Positions 25,524-32,298 of a DNA stretch of 32,298 nt are shown in pieces. Source of the DNA: an uncultured Pirellulaceae bacterium (GTDB lineage Bacteria > Planctomycetota > Planctomycetia > Pirellulales > Pirellulaceae); contig CAZSOG010000001.1 in assembly GCA_964607555.1 (NCBI GenBank), positions 1-32,298 on the forward strand, in the 5' to 3' direction. Numbering within the stretch: the first letter of the stretch is position 1; each line of letters begins with the position of its first letter. The notes under the pieces are model-generated. The model made no database searches. It saw only the letters and a program-made list of their open reading frames with translations, and was not told where the DNA came from. The position numbers were made by a program, and so were the translations under genes.

Positions 25524-26827
25524 AGGCGTGGGACCTCCACGGAACGTACCAACTCTCGCAATACACTATCCACCTGGAATCCTTCCACTTCCGCTTCCGC
25601 AGTCAGCATCACGCGATGACGCAGCACGGGCAACGCGATTTGCACGACGTCGTCTGGAACCGCGTAATCGCGTCCCTCGAAGGCGGCCAGCGTTCGAATG
25701 GCTTGCATGAAAGCAATGCCGGCGCGCGGCGACGCGCCCATATAGAACTGAGGCCATTGACGCGTAAGACGCACCAATTGATTGATGTAATCCAGCAGTC
25801 GATCATCCACGTGGATGTTCCCGTTCTGACCGGTGATCGCCATGATCTCTTCCGGAGATGTCACGGTCGCGACTTCTTTTTCGAGCCGCTGATTGATGTC
25901 GATCTGCCGGCTGTGCATCCGTAAGATCGCCGCCTCCTCTTCCCGGGCAGGATAGTCGGCCAACAGCTTGAACATGAATCGGTCCAACTGCGCTTCCGGC
26001 AGATTGTAAGTCCCTTCCGACTCGATGGGGTTCTGCGTGGCCATGACCAGAAATGGGCGCGTCAATCCGTGGCTCGTGCCGTCCACGGTGACTCGATACT
26101 CCTGCATGATCTCGAGCAAAGCGGCGTGCGTCTTGGCCGGCGACCGATTGATTTCGTCCGCCAGCAGGATCTGCGTGAAGACAGGACCCGGTCGGAAGCG
26201 AAATTCCCCCATCTTCATGTCAAAAATGGGGGCGCCCGTGATGTCGGAAGGCATCAAATCGGCGGTAAACTGAATGCGTGCGAACTGGCACCCAAGCACT
26301 CTGCCGAGCGTCCGCACGAACAGCGTTTTGCCAAGTCCCGGAACGGACTCGATCAATATGTGACCACTGGAAAACAGGGCCACTAACGAGCCCAGAACGA
26401 GTTCATCTTGACCAACGAAGATCTTCGAAATCTCGTCGATGACGCGCCGAAATAGTCGTCTGGTCGGCGTCTCCGCCGTCTCCATCGCTATGCTGCGTTT
26501 GATCGACAATGTGCCGATCGCGTCCCGGTTGGCGGCATCGTTGTCATCACTCGACGCGGGTCGTGCCGCCGGTGGTGGAGTGCCCTGCGGATCGTCCAGG
26601 AACGTCACTTCAGGGCTCGCGTCAGTGACAACCGGTGGCAGATCCACCTTGGGTGCGGTCTGCACCGTGCCACATTCCGGACAGGTCACTTCCTTGCCCG
26701 CGGCATCCGCCGGAACTTTCAGGGTCTTCTTGCAGTGTGTACAGGTCCAACGAATGAACCCATCCGGTTGTTCGGACATGAATGGCGATTGACTCATCGT
26801 TTTGAACAGCTCTTTCTGGTAAGACAC
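25520..26827 (-). CDS. MoxR-family AAA+ ATPase with ~115-aa N-terminal zinc-ribbon extension
   Basis: AAA_3/MoxR blocks are present: 'VGQDELVLGSLVALFSSGHILIESVPGLGKTLFVRTLG', 'ILLADEINRSPAKTHAALLE' and 'ATQNPIESEGTYNLPEAQLDRF'. The N-terminus carries CxxC-x17-CxxC ('WTCTHCKKTLKVPADAAGKEVTCPECG') followed by a Pro/Asp/Ala-rich linker. The start is uncertain: GTG 26827, or ATG 26797 or 26779. Confidence 0.9.
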   Translation of the reverse strand: MSYQKELFKTMSQSPFMSEQPDGFIRWTCTHCKKTLKVPADAAGKEVTCPECGTVQTAPKVDLPPVVTDASPEVTFLDDPQGTPPPAARPASSDDNDAANRDAIGTLSIKRSIAMETAETPTRRLFRRVIDEISKIFVGQDELVLGSLVALFSSGHILIESVPGLGKTLFVRTLGRVLGCQFARIQFTADLMPSDITGAPIFDMKMGEFRFRPGPVFTQILLADEINRSPAKTHAALLEIMQEYRVTVDGTSHGLTRPFLVMATQNPIESEGTYNLPEAQLDRFMFKLLADYPAREEEAAILRMHSRQIDINQRLEKEVATVTSPEEIMAITGQNGNIHVDDRLLDYINQLVRLTRQWPQFYMGASPRAGIAFMQAIRTLAAFEGRDYAVPDDVVQIALPVLRHRVMLTAEAEVEGFQVDSVLRELVRSVEVPRL

Positions 26828-26839
26828 GAATGTGGTCGG

Positions 26840-28186
26840 TTAACGTTTTGTTGTGTTCGATCGGCCAGCGTGACGCGTTGGAAGGGATCGGGACGCCCGC
26901 GGACCTTGCGCGCGCGACTGACCACTCTCCTCGGTTGCTTGTCTGTGTTGCACGCCGGACTCCCGATACGCGATGGCCCGATACTGACCGACCTGTCGGC
27001 GCGCGAAACTCTCATCTTTCGTCTGTTGCAAGAGAGCTCCCAGCGCCTCGATATGTTGTCCGAAATCCGCAATGCTCTCGGAGCTGGGTGCTCGAGCGCG
27101 CCCGAAGATCGGAAATACGGAAAAGCAAAATACAAGTCCCAGCACGAACCAGTGCAATGCCATCAGCACTCGTTCGCGTGTGCCCTCTTCAACGACTTGC
27201 TCTGGTTCACGATCGTACACACGAGGCCCTCCCGGGCCGCTTTCCAGAAACGCTACCTTGCCGCGCGTGCCGCAAGCTTGGATCACGCGTCCGGCTAGTT
27301 TTCGATTTTCATGGTTGATCAACGGGAAGTTGAGCAGAAAGGACCCATTGCTGACCACGAGGATTTGGCCGCCGTTCCAAATGGGTTTGGTTACGCGCGT
27401 GACCAAAGGGGTTGAGCCCGTGTACAGCAGCACTTCAAAATCAGGCTCATGGCCCAGGGACGGACCACTCACACCCCACAGTGTTTCCAGTTGTTTCGTT
27501 GTGGGGACACAGAGTGCCGTTTGCACCCACAGGTCCGTTTGATCCCGGACAAGATCGCGTGCCCATGGCCCATCGAGTTTCGCAGCCTGATGATAATCGG
27601 CGTCACGCTGCATGGCAAACCACTCGCATACCCCGTCGGGTGGCATCCCGATACGCCGTGTCGCATGTATCGCGCGCGCAATGGCCTGTTGCCGCATCAC
27701 ATCAATCCGTTGTTCCGCCGGAACCATCGAACGAATCGTTCGCCAATAATGTTCCGCCGCATCGTAATCGCGCCCGACGAGAATCAACGTCCGGTCCGCA
27801 CCGGCCGCCAACCACCTTTCAAGGAATCGCTGCTGCGCTTCTCCCGGCAACTCAAAATCATTCGGTGCCCAGAGAATGACGTCATATCGAGCCAATTTGG
27901 GTGACAGTCGATTCCACGAATAGACCTTGAATTCCTCCACCTCGAACATCGAGGCAAGCACGCTGGTGCCGTTAACACTCTGGGCCCCGGCGCCGCGCCG
28001 CGTGCCATAAGTGACCTCGATTGCCTTGCGACTGGAGCAGCCACCGAGCCACGCCAGGGCCAGTAGCAGGCACCATGCGTAGCATGCCGACCAGGGACGG
28101 CCGCTCCGGCCGAAACTCCAGCCACAGCATGGGGCATCGAACCACGCAAGGCGCGGGCGAACCCTCGGAGCTCGCACGCGCGCCAT
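26840..28186 (-). CDS. DUF4350-like lipoprotein with C-terminal TM anchor
   Basis: The 679-aa ORF is trimmed to ATG 28186 because the upstream part overlaps the DUF4129 gene in another frame. The trimmed protein starts 'MARVRAPRVRPRL...' and has a signal peptide with lipobox 'LAWLGGC'. It also has 'YDVILWAPNDFELPGEAQQRFLERWLAAG', a late TM helix 'LHWFVLGLVFCFSVFPIFG' and a helical tail, as in DUF4350 proteins found next to MoxR/DUF58. Confidence 0.75.
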   Translation of the reverse strand: MARVRAPRVRPRLAWFDAPCCGWSFGRSGRPWSACYAWCLLLALAWLGGCSSRKAIEVTYGTRRGAGAQSVNGTSVLASMFEVEEFKVYSWNRLSPKLARYDVILWAPNDFELPGEAQQRFLERWLAAGADRTLILVGRDYDAAEHYWRTIRSMVPAEQRIDVMRQQAIARAIHATRRIGMPPDGVCEWFAMQRDADYHQAAKLDGPWARDLVRDQTDLWVQTALCVPTTKQLETLWGVSGPSLGHEPDFEVLLYTGSTPLVTRVTKPIWNGGQILVVSNGSFLLNFPLINHENRKLAGRVIQACGTRGKVAFLESGPGGPRVYDREPEQVVEEGTRERVLMALHWFVLGLVFCFSVFPIFGRARAPSSESIADFGQHIEALGALLQQTKDESFARRQVGQYRAIAYRESGVQHRQATEESGQSRAQGPRASRSLPTRHAGRSNTTKR

Positions 28187-28203
28187 TGGTGAGCTGAAGG
28201 GAA

Positions 28204-29088
28204 TCACGTCATTTGTTCCAGTTGTTCTTGGAATGTGTTGAGGCCGTCCCAGCATTGTGCGAACTGCCGGGCCGTGATTGGATGGTGTCCAAAAAATACA
28301 TCCTCGAATGCGATCATCGTGCGTCGCATGATCACGGCCAGCGGCGACGCAGCCTTCGCATCGCGGAAACCGCTTGTGGAAAAGACGCGCTCGACAGGCC
28401 GGACGGCATCCGAGCTTTGTACTGCCGCGCGCGCTGGGCGTGGCGCGCCACGCGGCATGCCCGCGCGAAGGTGCGATTCCAATTCCATCAAATATTGTCG
28501 ATTCGTTTTGCCACGCGCCAGTCGAATCAGCTGATGCCGATCCAACTCGACCAGCATATGGGCGAACAAGAAAATCGTGGCCTGCGCGAAATCGCCCGCC
28601 TTCTGATACATGCGGGCTGTTTCCAGGAGGTTGCGTTCGGAATGCTCCATCGGCATCGGCAGATGATCCAGCCGGTCGCGTTGCGCGAGAAGATCTGTCG
28701 ACGCATGCGGACCTGAATCGGCCGCGGCGGAGTCGACCCGCAAGAACCACCAGATCAATGCCCCGAGAATACCGAGCAGCAGTATACCAAGCAGGACCCA
28801 CGCAGCGGCATCGAGCGCTCGTGCCAACCAGGGACTGCCCGCGGATGATCGCGCCGCCGGGCGGTTGGCCGGGGCCCACCGCCAGGCCGAATGCCGTATC
28901 GGATCATCGGCCGGCGGCGTGACCTGCACGCGTCGAACCGTGTCCGTATCCGAGTCGTACCACGGTAAATCCTGTTGCTGGCGCAGCGCCCGCTGCCCGG
29001 CGTCGATGAACGTCGATTCCATCGCCCTGCCCGATAAGCACGGCAGGACCGCCAGAACGAACGCGGACAGGTTAGCCAACGTGTGCAC
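28204..29088 (-). CDS. DUF4129 domain-containing membrane protein
   Basis: It has a TM helix 'AAWVLLGILLLGILGALIWWFL' followed by the DUF4129-like block 'LLETARMYQKAGDFAQATIFLFAHMLVELDRHQLIRLARGKTNRQYLMELE'. The start is ambiguous. GTG 29088 overlaps the upstream gene by 17 nt and gives a signal-like N-terminus. ATG 29022 and ATG 29166 (95-nt overlap) are alternatives. Confidence 0.7.
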   Translation of the reverse strand: MHTLANLSAFVLAVLPCLSGRAMESTFIDAGQRALRQQQDLPWYDSDTDTVRRVQVTPPADDPIRHSAWRWAPANRPAARSSAGSPWLARALDAAAWVLLGILLLGILGALIWWFLRVDSAAADSGPHASTDLLAQRDRLDHLPMPMEHSERNLLETARMYQKAGDFAQATIFLFAHMLVELDRHQLIRLARGKTNRQYLMELESHLRAGMPRGAPRPARAAVQSSDAVRPVERVFSTSGFRDAKAASPLAVIMRRTMIAFEDVFFGHHPITARQFAQCWDGLNTFQEQLEQMT

Positions 29089-29998
29089 GGATGCCCCTCT
29101 CGCTAAGACTTGATGCGATACGGTTTCCCTCGGCGCGCATCCGCAACTCCACTTCCCACCCTTCATGGCGAATGCGCAGATCGAGGTAATTCAGGAATCG
29201 CACTACCGTCATGAAGCCAACGATCAACCACAGCACGATCGGCCATCCGAATTCAATGAGTCGCGGACTCAACGCCCAACGATCCCATAGAACACCCTGT
29301 AGTGTCGGCAGTGCGCCGAACAGCACCACCGCCAAGAGTGTGGCATACGCCGCGTCGACCAGCCACTGGTTCATTAGCTGACTGCCACTCGGCGCGTGCA
29401 ACAGCGTGCTGCGCCGCCCCACTGTCATGACATTTGGGTCCGACGCGCGAAGCGGATTACGTTCCAAGAAAACAATCTCAACCATGAACGGCCGAATCGC
29501 GCGCAGAAAACAGACGAACCCCGTCAGCACCAGCATCATGAACTCGCCTAACGAATATTCGCCCGGTTTCATCGCGGCGGCAACAAGCAGGATCGGGACG
29601 ACACCGCGCATGAGCAACACGGTCCATACGAACCGCGGCAGTACATTCTTGATGTTGTTCAACACGGTCCGCAGAGGTGGCCGTTCGGTGAACACGGCAC
29701 GGCCAAGCCAGGTGGCCGTGATGATCGAAGCCGCCGGTGCCTCGACGGTAATCAGGAGCGCCATTGCCACCATGAACCGAATGGATCGGCTCACGACCTC
29801 ATCGGTCGGCGTGTCCGCGAGAGGGATATGGATCAGCCAGCCGATAAGGGCTTCGTTGATCAAGAAGAACGGCAGTGCCCCAAGCAGTGTCGCGATCACA
29901 AGTGGCCGGAAATAGGCGCGCATGACGTGCAGGGCGAGATCGAGGATATCGGTCACGCCGCGTTCTCGGATCCGAATGCGCGTCTTATCGAGCTGCAT
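29072..29998 (-). CDS. Polytopic membrane protein of unknown function (308 aa)
   Basis: ATG 29998 directly abuts the TAA stop (30001-29999) of the upstream gene. The protein has about 6-7 hydrophobic helices (for example 'LVIATLLGALPFFLINEALIGWLI' and 'GWPIVLWLIVGFMTVV'). I recognise no family. Confidence 0.7.
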   Translation of the reverse strand: MQLDKTRIRIRERGVTDILDLALHVMRAYFRPLVIATLLGALPFFLINEALIGWLIHIPLADTPTDEVVSRSIRFMVAMALLITVEAPAASIITATWLGRAVFTERPPLRTVLNNIKNVLPRFVWTVLLMRGVVPILLVAAAMKPGEYSLGEFMMLVLTGFVCFLRAIRPFMVEIVFLERNPLRASDPNVMTVGRRSTLLHAPSGSQLMNQWLVDAAYATLLAVVLFGALPTLQGVLWDRWALSPRLIEFGWPIVLWLIVGFMTVVRFLNYLDLRIRHEGWEVELRMRAEGNRIASSLSERGIRAHVG

Positions 29999-30964
29999 TT
30001 AGTCGGCCTTTCCGGGATAGCCGAGGACCACGAAATAAAACATCAGTAGACTACTCGAAAAGACCGCGACCGCGGCTTTCAATGGAAATGGTAACGCGGT
30101 CGGCGAAACAAAGCCCTCGATCAGGGCCGCCAAAAAGAATAACAACATGGCCGACCCCATGACAGGCATGGCTCGGTTGGCGGCTTGCTGGAGCGACTTC
30201 ATGCGTGTCAAGCCACCGGTGTGGATCCACCCCAGGCCGAGCCGCAGGCCGGCCCCCGCCGAGAGGGCGATCGCCGTCAACTCGAACGGGCCGTGGCCCA
30301 CCACGAACTCGAAAAAATGCGTTCCTTCGATCACTTCGGGGCGGCCCATGTACCCGAACGCCGCGCCGAGAACCAGGGCATTCGTCAAGGTTTCGTACAA
30401 CCCCGGCACGACGAGGATCCCCCAGGCGAAGCAACGCAGCCCGATGCTCGTATTGTGCTGGATGTAAAAACCGGCCATCTGCAGATTCGCTTCCGCCGGC
30501 CGCGCGCCAAGTGGGTCCTTGAAGTTCTCCTCGAGCTGCTGACGCATCGCGTCCGGCATGGCGTGCGCTGACCAGTTGGGATCATAATAGGCTAACAGCG
30601 CGGAACCGATAAAGGTCGACCAGAATAGCAGCAGGGCCACATGCACGCACCGATCGTGAAACAATCGCTGTGGCACATCAACCATCAGGAGCCGTCCCCA
30701 CGACCGAATATCGAATCGGCGGCTACGGTACAGCTGGTTATGCGCGCGCGCCACGAGTCGATGCAGGTATTGCACCGTGTTGGGCGGCAATTGGTACGCA
30801 TCCGCGAGCGCGAGATCGGCGCAAGCCGCGCGGTAGAGCGCGGCGAAACGCGCGGCCGTTTCGGCCGGCACCCCCACGCGGCGCAGCCGTGCCATCGATA
30901 TGCACAACTGTTCCAGTTCGGACCAGTTCTTGCGCCGCTGCTCAAGTAACGTGGCAACTTTCAT
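29999..30964 (-). CDS. Stage II sporulation protein M-like (SpoIIM/DUF95 family) membrane protein
   Basis: The ATG forms an ATGA overlap with the RDD gene stop at 30961-30964. The N-terminal cytoplasmic helix bundle 'LLEQRRKNWSELEQL...FAALYRAACADLALADAYQLPPNTVQYLHRLVARAHNQLY' is followed by about 5 TM helices, as in SpoIIM-family proteins encoded next to RDD/MoxR genes. Confidence 0.75.
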   Translation of the reverse strand: MKVATLLEQRRKNWSELEQLCISMARLRRVGVPAETAARFAALYRAACADLALADAYQLPPNTVQYLHRLVARAHNQLYRSRRFDIRSWGRLLMVDVPQRLFHDRCVHVALLLFWSTFIGSALLAYYDPNWSAHAMPDAMRQQLEENFKDPLGARPAEANLQMAGFYIQHNTSIGLRCFAWGILVVPGLYETLTNALVLGAAFGYMGRPEVIEGTHFFEFVVGHGPFELTAIALSAGAGLRLGLGWIHTGGLTRMKSLQQAANRAMPVMGSAMLLFFLAALIEGFVSPTALPFPLKAAVAVFSSSLLMFYFVVLGYPGKAD

Positions 30965-31899
30965 GACGGTATCTGTCCCTTGTCGCGAACATCGGGCCGC
31001 GAAACGAATGGATTCACGCCATCTGATTCCAGAAACGTGATCCCCGGATGCGCGCGTTCGCGTAACCGGGCCGCGGCCTGGGCCGCATGCTCCTCATCCT
31101 GGTTCCGATCCGCGATAAACAGGCGATAGTACATGGCACATAACAGGAGATCGTAACTCGTATCGCGCGGAAGTCCCAACAGCGCCAAGAGCGGACGTGC
31201 CAGGTGCGCCGCGACCTCGCGGCGACGCGCTACCGTGAAGAATTTGCGCCGCTCGGCATACTGGGCCAGCGCCGCGGACATGCTCCGGCTGACCTGTAAG
31301 TCCACCGGAAGATAGGAGGCCAGCTGAAAGACGCGCGGATCCTCGAAACTCGCCACCCCATGACCCCACGGTCGATCTTCCACGACGACCATCGTTCGGC
31401 AGACAAGGTCTCCCAACCGTTGAAAACGCCGATTCCACGCCATTGCCAGGAGACCGACAAGACCCGTCGGGATGATCCCCAAGCCGGGTCCGCCCACGAT
31501 GGCAAGCGATATCATGGGCCCAGCGTCCACCTCGCGCAAAATGTTGCGCATCACCGCCTGAAGTCCATTGATGGGGCGGCCGTTCACGGTCAACACGCGA
31601 ATGCCGAATATCCGCTTCCCCGGAGTTTGACCGTTCATGAACGTCTCGAATATCCCGCCGTAAAACCAGCCAATCAAGAAGAAACTGACAAGCCAAAAGC
31701 CAACCCACGCCGTACCGACCGCGATCGAAAAAAGCGACAGCATCCAGAACAACCCAAACTCGATACCGATGCGAAAAATGACATCGAGGAAATACGCCGG
31801 AAAACGGCGAAACGGGCCGGCGACCTGGTATTCAAACGCGATATTCTCCGGCGTGATCACTTGGATCGTCGAGTCAAGCTGCTGATTTACCGTGGACAT
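30961..31899 (-). CDS. RDD family membrane protein
   Basis: The RDD-domain layout is present: 'RRFPAYFLDVIFRIGI', two TM helices, 'NGQTPGKRIFGIRVLTVNGRPINGLQAVMRNILREVD' and a third TM helix. A ~140-aa soluble C-terminal extension follows. This is the first gene of the minus-strand array. Confidence 0.85.
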   Translation of the reverse strand: MSTVNQQLDSTIQVITPENIAFEYQVAGPFRRFPAYFLDVIFRIGIEFGLFWMLSLFSIAVGTAWVGFWLVSFFLIGWFYGGIFETFMNGQTPGKRIFGIRVLTVNGRPINGLQAVMRNILREVDAGPMISLAIVGGPGLGIIPTGLVGLLAMAWNRRFQRLGDLVCRTMVVVEDRPWGHGVASFEDPRVFQLASYLPVDLQVSRSMSAALAQYAERRKFFTVARRREVAAHLARPLLALLGLPRDTSYDLLLCAMYYRLFIADRNQDEEHAAQAAARLRERAHPGITFLESDGVNPFVSRPDVRDKGQIPS

Positions 31900-31929
31900 A
31901 GGTTCTTTTTCTCGACGATCTCACGTCAC

Positions 31930-31978
31930 CCTGACCTCATTCGTTTTCCCGCCACCACCGGGTTCACCCCGGTGCAGC
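31930..31978 (+). repeat. Dispersed palindromic repeat, copy A (head module + degenerate tail)
   Basis: CCTGACCTCATTCGTTTTCCCGCCACCACCGGGTTCACCCCGGTGCAGC is near-identical to 32214-32262. It contains the hairpin CACCGGG-ttcac-CCCGGTG. It lies in the leader region of the RDD-MoxR operon. Confidence 0.8.
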
Positions 31979-32001
31979 CGTTCACGACATCTGCTATCAA
32001 G

Positions 32002-32149
32002 GAACACTAATCTTCACGGATCAACACTAATGATACCGCCCTACATAGTCTGCGACACGCAACATAAATCCGGCAGGTCGTAGAAAAGTCGAAGGCTTTG
32101 CAAGATGAGGTTGTCCGATATTAGCGATAATTAGCGTGGATTAGTGTTC
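32002..32149. repeat. 148-bp AT-richer segment bounded by perfect 11-bp inverted repeats, with phased subterminal repeats (MITE-like or operator array)
   Basis: GAACACTAATC at 32002-32012 is the exact reverse complement of GATTAGTGTTC at 32139-32149. AACACTAAT occurs twice, at 32003 and 32023 (20-nt period). ATTAG(C/T)G occurs three times, at 32120, 32130 and 32140 (exact 10-nt period). Confidence 0.65.
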
Positions 32150-32176
32150 TTTTTCTTCTGGTCCGTGAACAGTTAC

Positions 32177-32203
32177 ATCCCGGTGCAGCGCTGATTCTGC
32201 ACT
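32177..32203 (+). repeat. Dispersed repeat, isolated tail module
   Basis: ATCCCGGTGCAGCGCTGATTCTGCACT matches 32250-32276 at 26/27, with 73 nt between the two start positions. Confidence 0.8.
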
Positions 32204-32213
32204 GGGGCAGCGT

Positions 32214-32276
32214 CCTGACCCTATCCGTTTTCCCGCCACCACCGGGTTGATCCCGGTGGAGCGCTGATTCTGCACT
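32214..32276 (+). repeat. Dispersed palindromic repeat, copy B (head + tail modules)
   Basis: The sequence is CCTGACCCTATCCGTTTTCCCGCCACCACCGGGTTG followed by ATCCCGGTGGAGCGCTGATTCTGCACT. The head/tail junction forms an 8-bp hairpin, CCACCGGG-ttgat-CCCGGTGG. Confidence 0.8.
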
Positions 32277-32298
32277 AATTATCAACGCTCGCTCCGCC

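Noticed and set aside
28187-28879. N-terminal 231 codons of the 679-aa minus-strand ORF (26840..28879).
   Set aside because: This part overlaps the DUF4129 gene (28204..29088) in another frame and is Arg/Gly/Ala-rich with no motif. A start at ATG 28186 gives a proper signal peptide and lipobox and leaves a 17-nt gap after the DUF4129 stop.
31942-32276. The GTTTTCCCGCC...-type palindromic repeats looked superficially like CRISPR repeats.
   Set aside because: There are only two full copies, about 284 nt apart, plus isolated half-modules and an inverted fragment at nt 1-20. There is no regular repeat-spacer periodicity, and no cas genes are present in the window.
1-32298. Searched for a defence island, prophage or mobile-element context (integrase, transposase, toxin-antitoxin, restriction, retron, Cas).
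   Set aside because: No ORF shows the corresponding motifs. The only mobile-like signals are the short non-coding repeats at the window ends.

Overview
GC-rich bacterial window with 20 supported protein-coding genes. I see no rRNA, tRNA, CRISPR array, transposase or integrase. The gene content suggests a Planctomycetota-like genome, but that is inference only. The supporting genes are a secreted ThuA-like protein, an FHA + Hanks kinase + ECF sigma cluster, an RDD/SpoIIM/DUF4129/DUF4350/MoxR/DUF58 operon and a PUFA-type PKS.

Plus strand, 221-11614: an AraA-family sugar isomerase, then a ~1 kb gene-poor spacer holding one small minus-strand ORF, a short tandem repeat and an orphan intrinsic terminator. 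Next is a co-directional block of a TM-anchored PspA/IM30-like protein, an FHA protein, a polytopic Ser/Thr kinase, a membrane protein, an ECF sigma and a soluble zinc-finger anti-sigma. A ThuA-like protein and an orphan hypothetical follow.

Minus strand, 31899-11657: nine co-directional genes. The first seven form a tightly coupled MoxR AAA+ membrane operon (RDD, SpoIIM-like, polytopic membrane protein, DUF4129, DUF4350 lipoprotein, MoxR with a zinc-ribbon extension, DUF58). After a 230-nt gap comes an ATGA-coupled two-gene iterative type I PKS of 2530 + 1547 aa, with domain order ER-like/ER-KS-AT-ACP-KR + KS-AT*-DH-PPTase. It combines PUFA-synthase and enediyne-PKSE features, carries its own PPTase, and has no thioesterase or tailoring gene in the window.

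Both window edges fall inside copies of a dispersed palindromic repeat family. This suggests the window is a contig that broke at multi-copy repeats.

The best candidates for an undescribed system are (i) the self-priming PKS pair, possibly linked to the MoxR membrane operon, and (ii) the PspA-like/FHA/kinase/ECF module. All functional calls rest on motif recognition by eye, since no searches were run.
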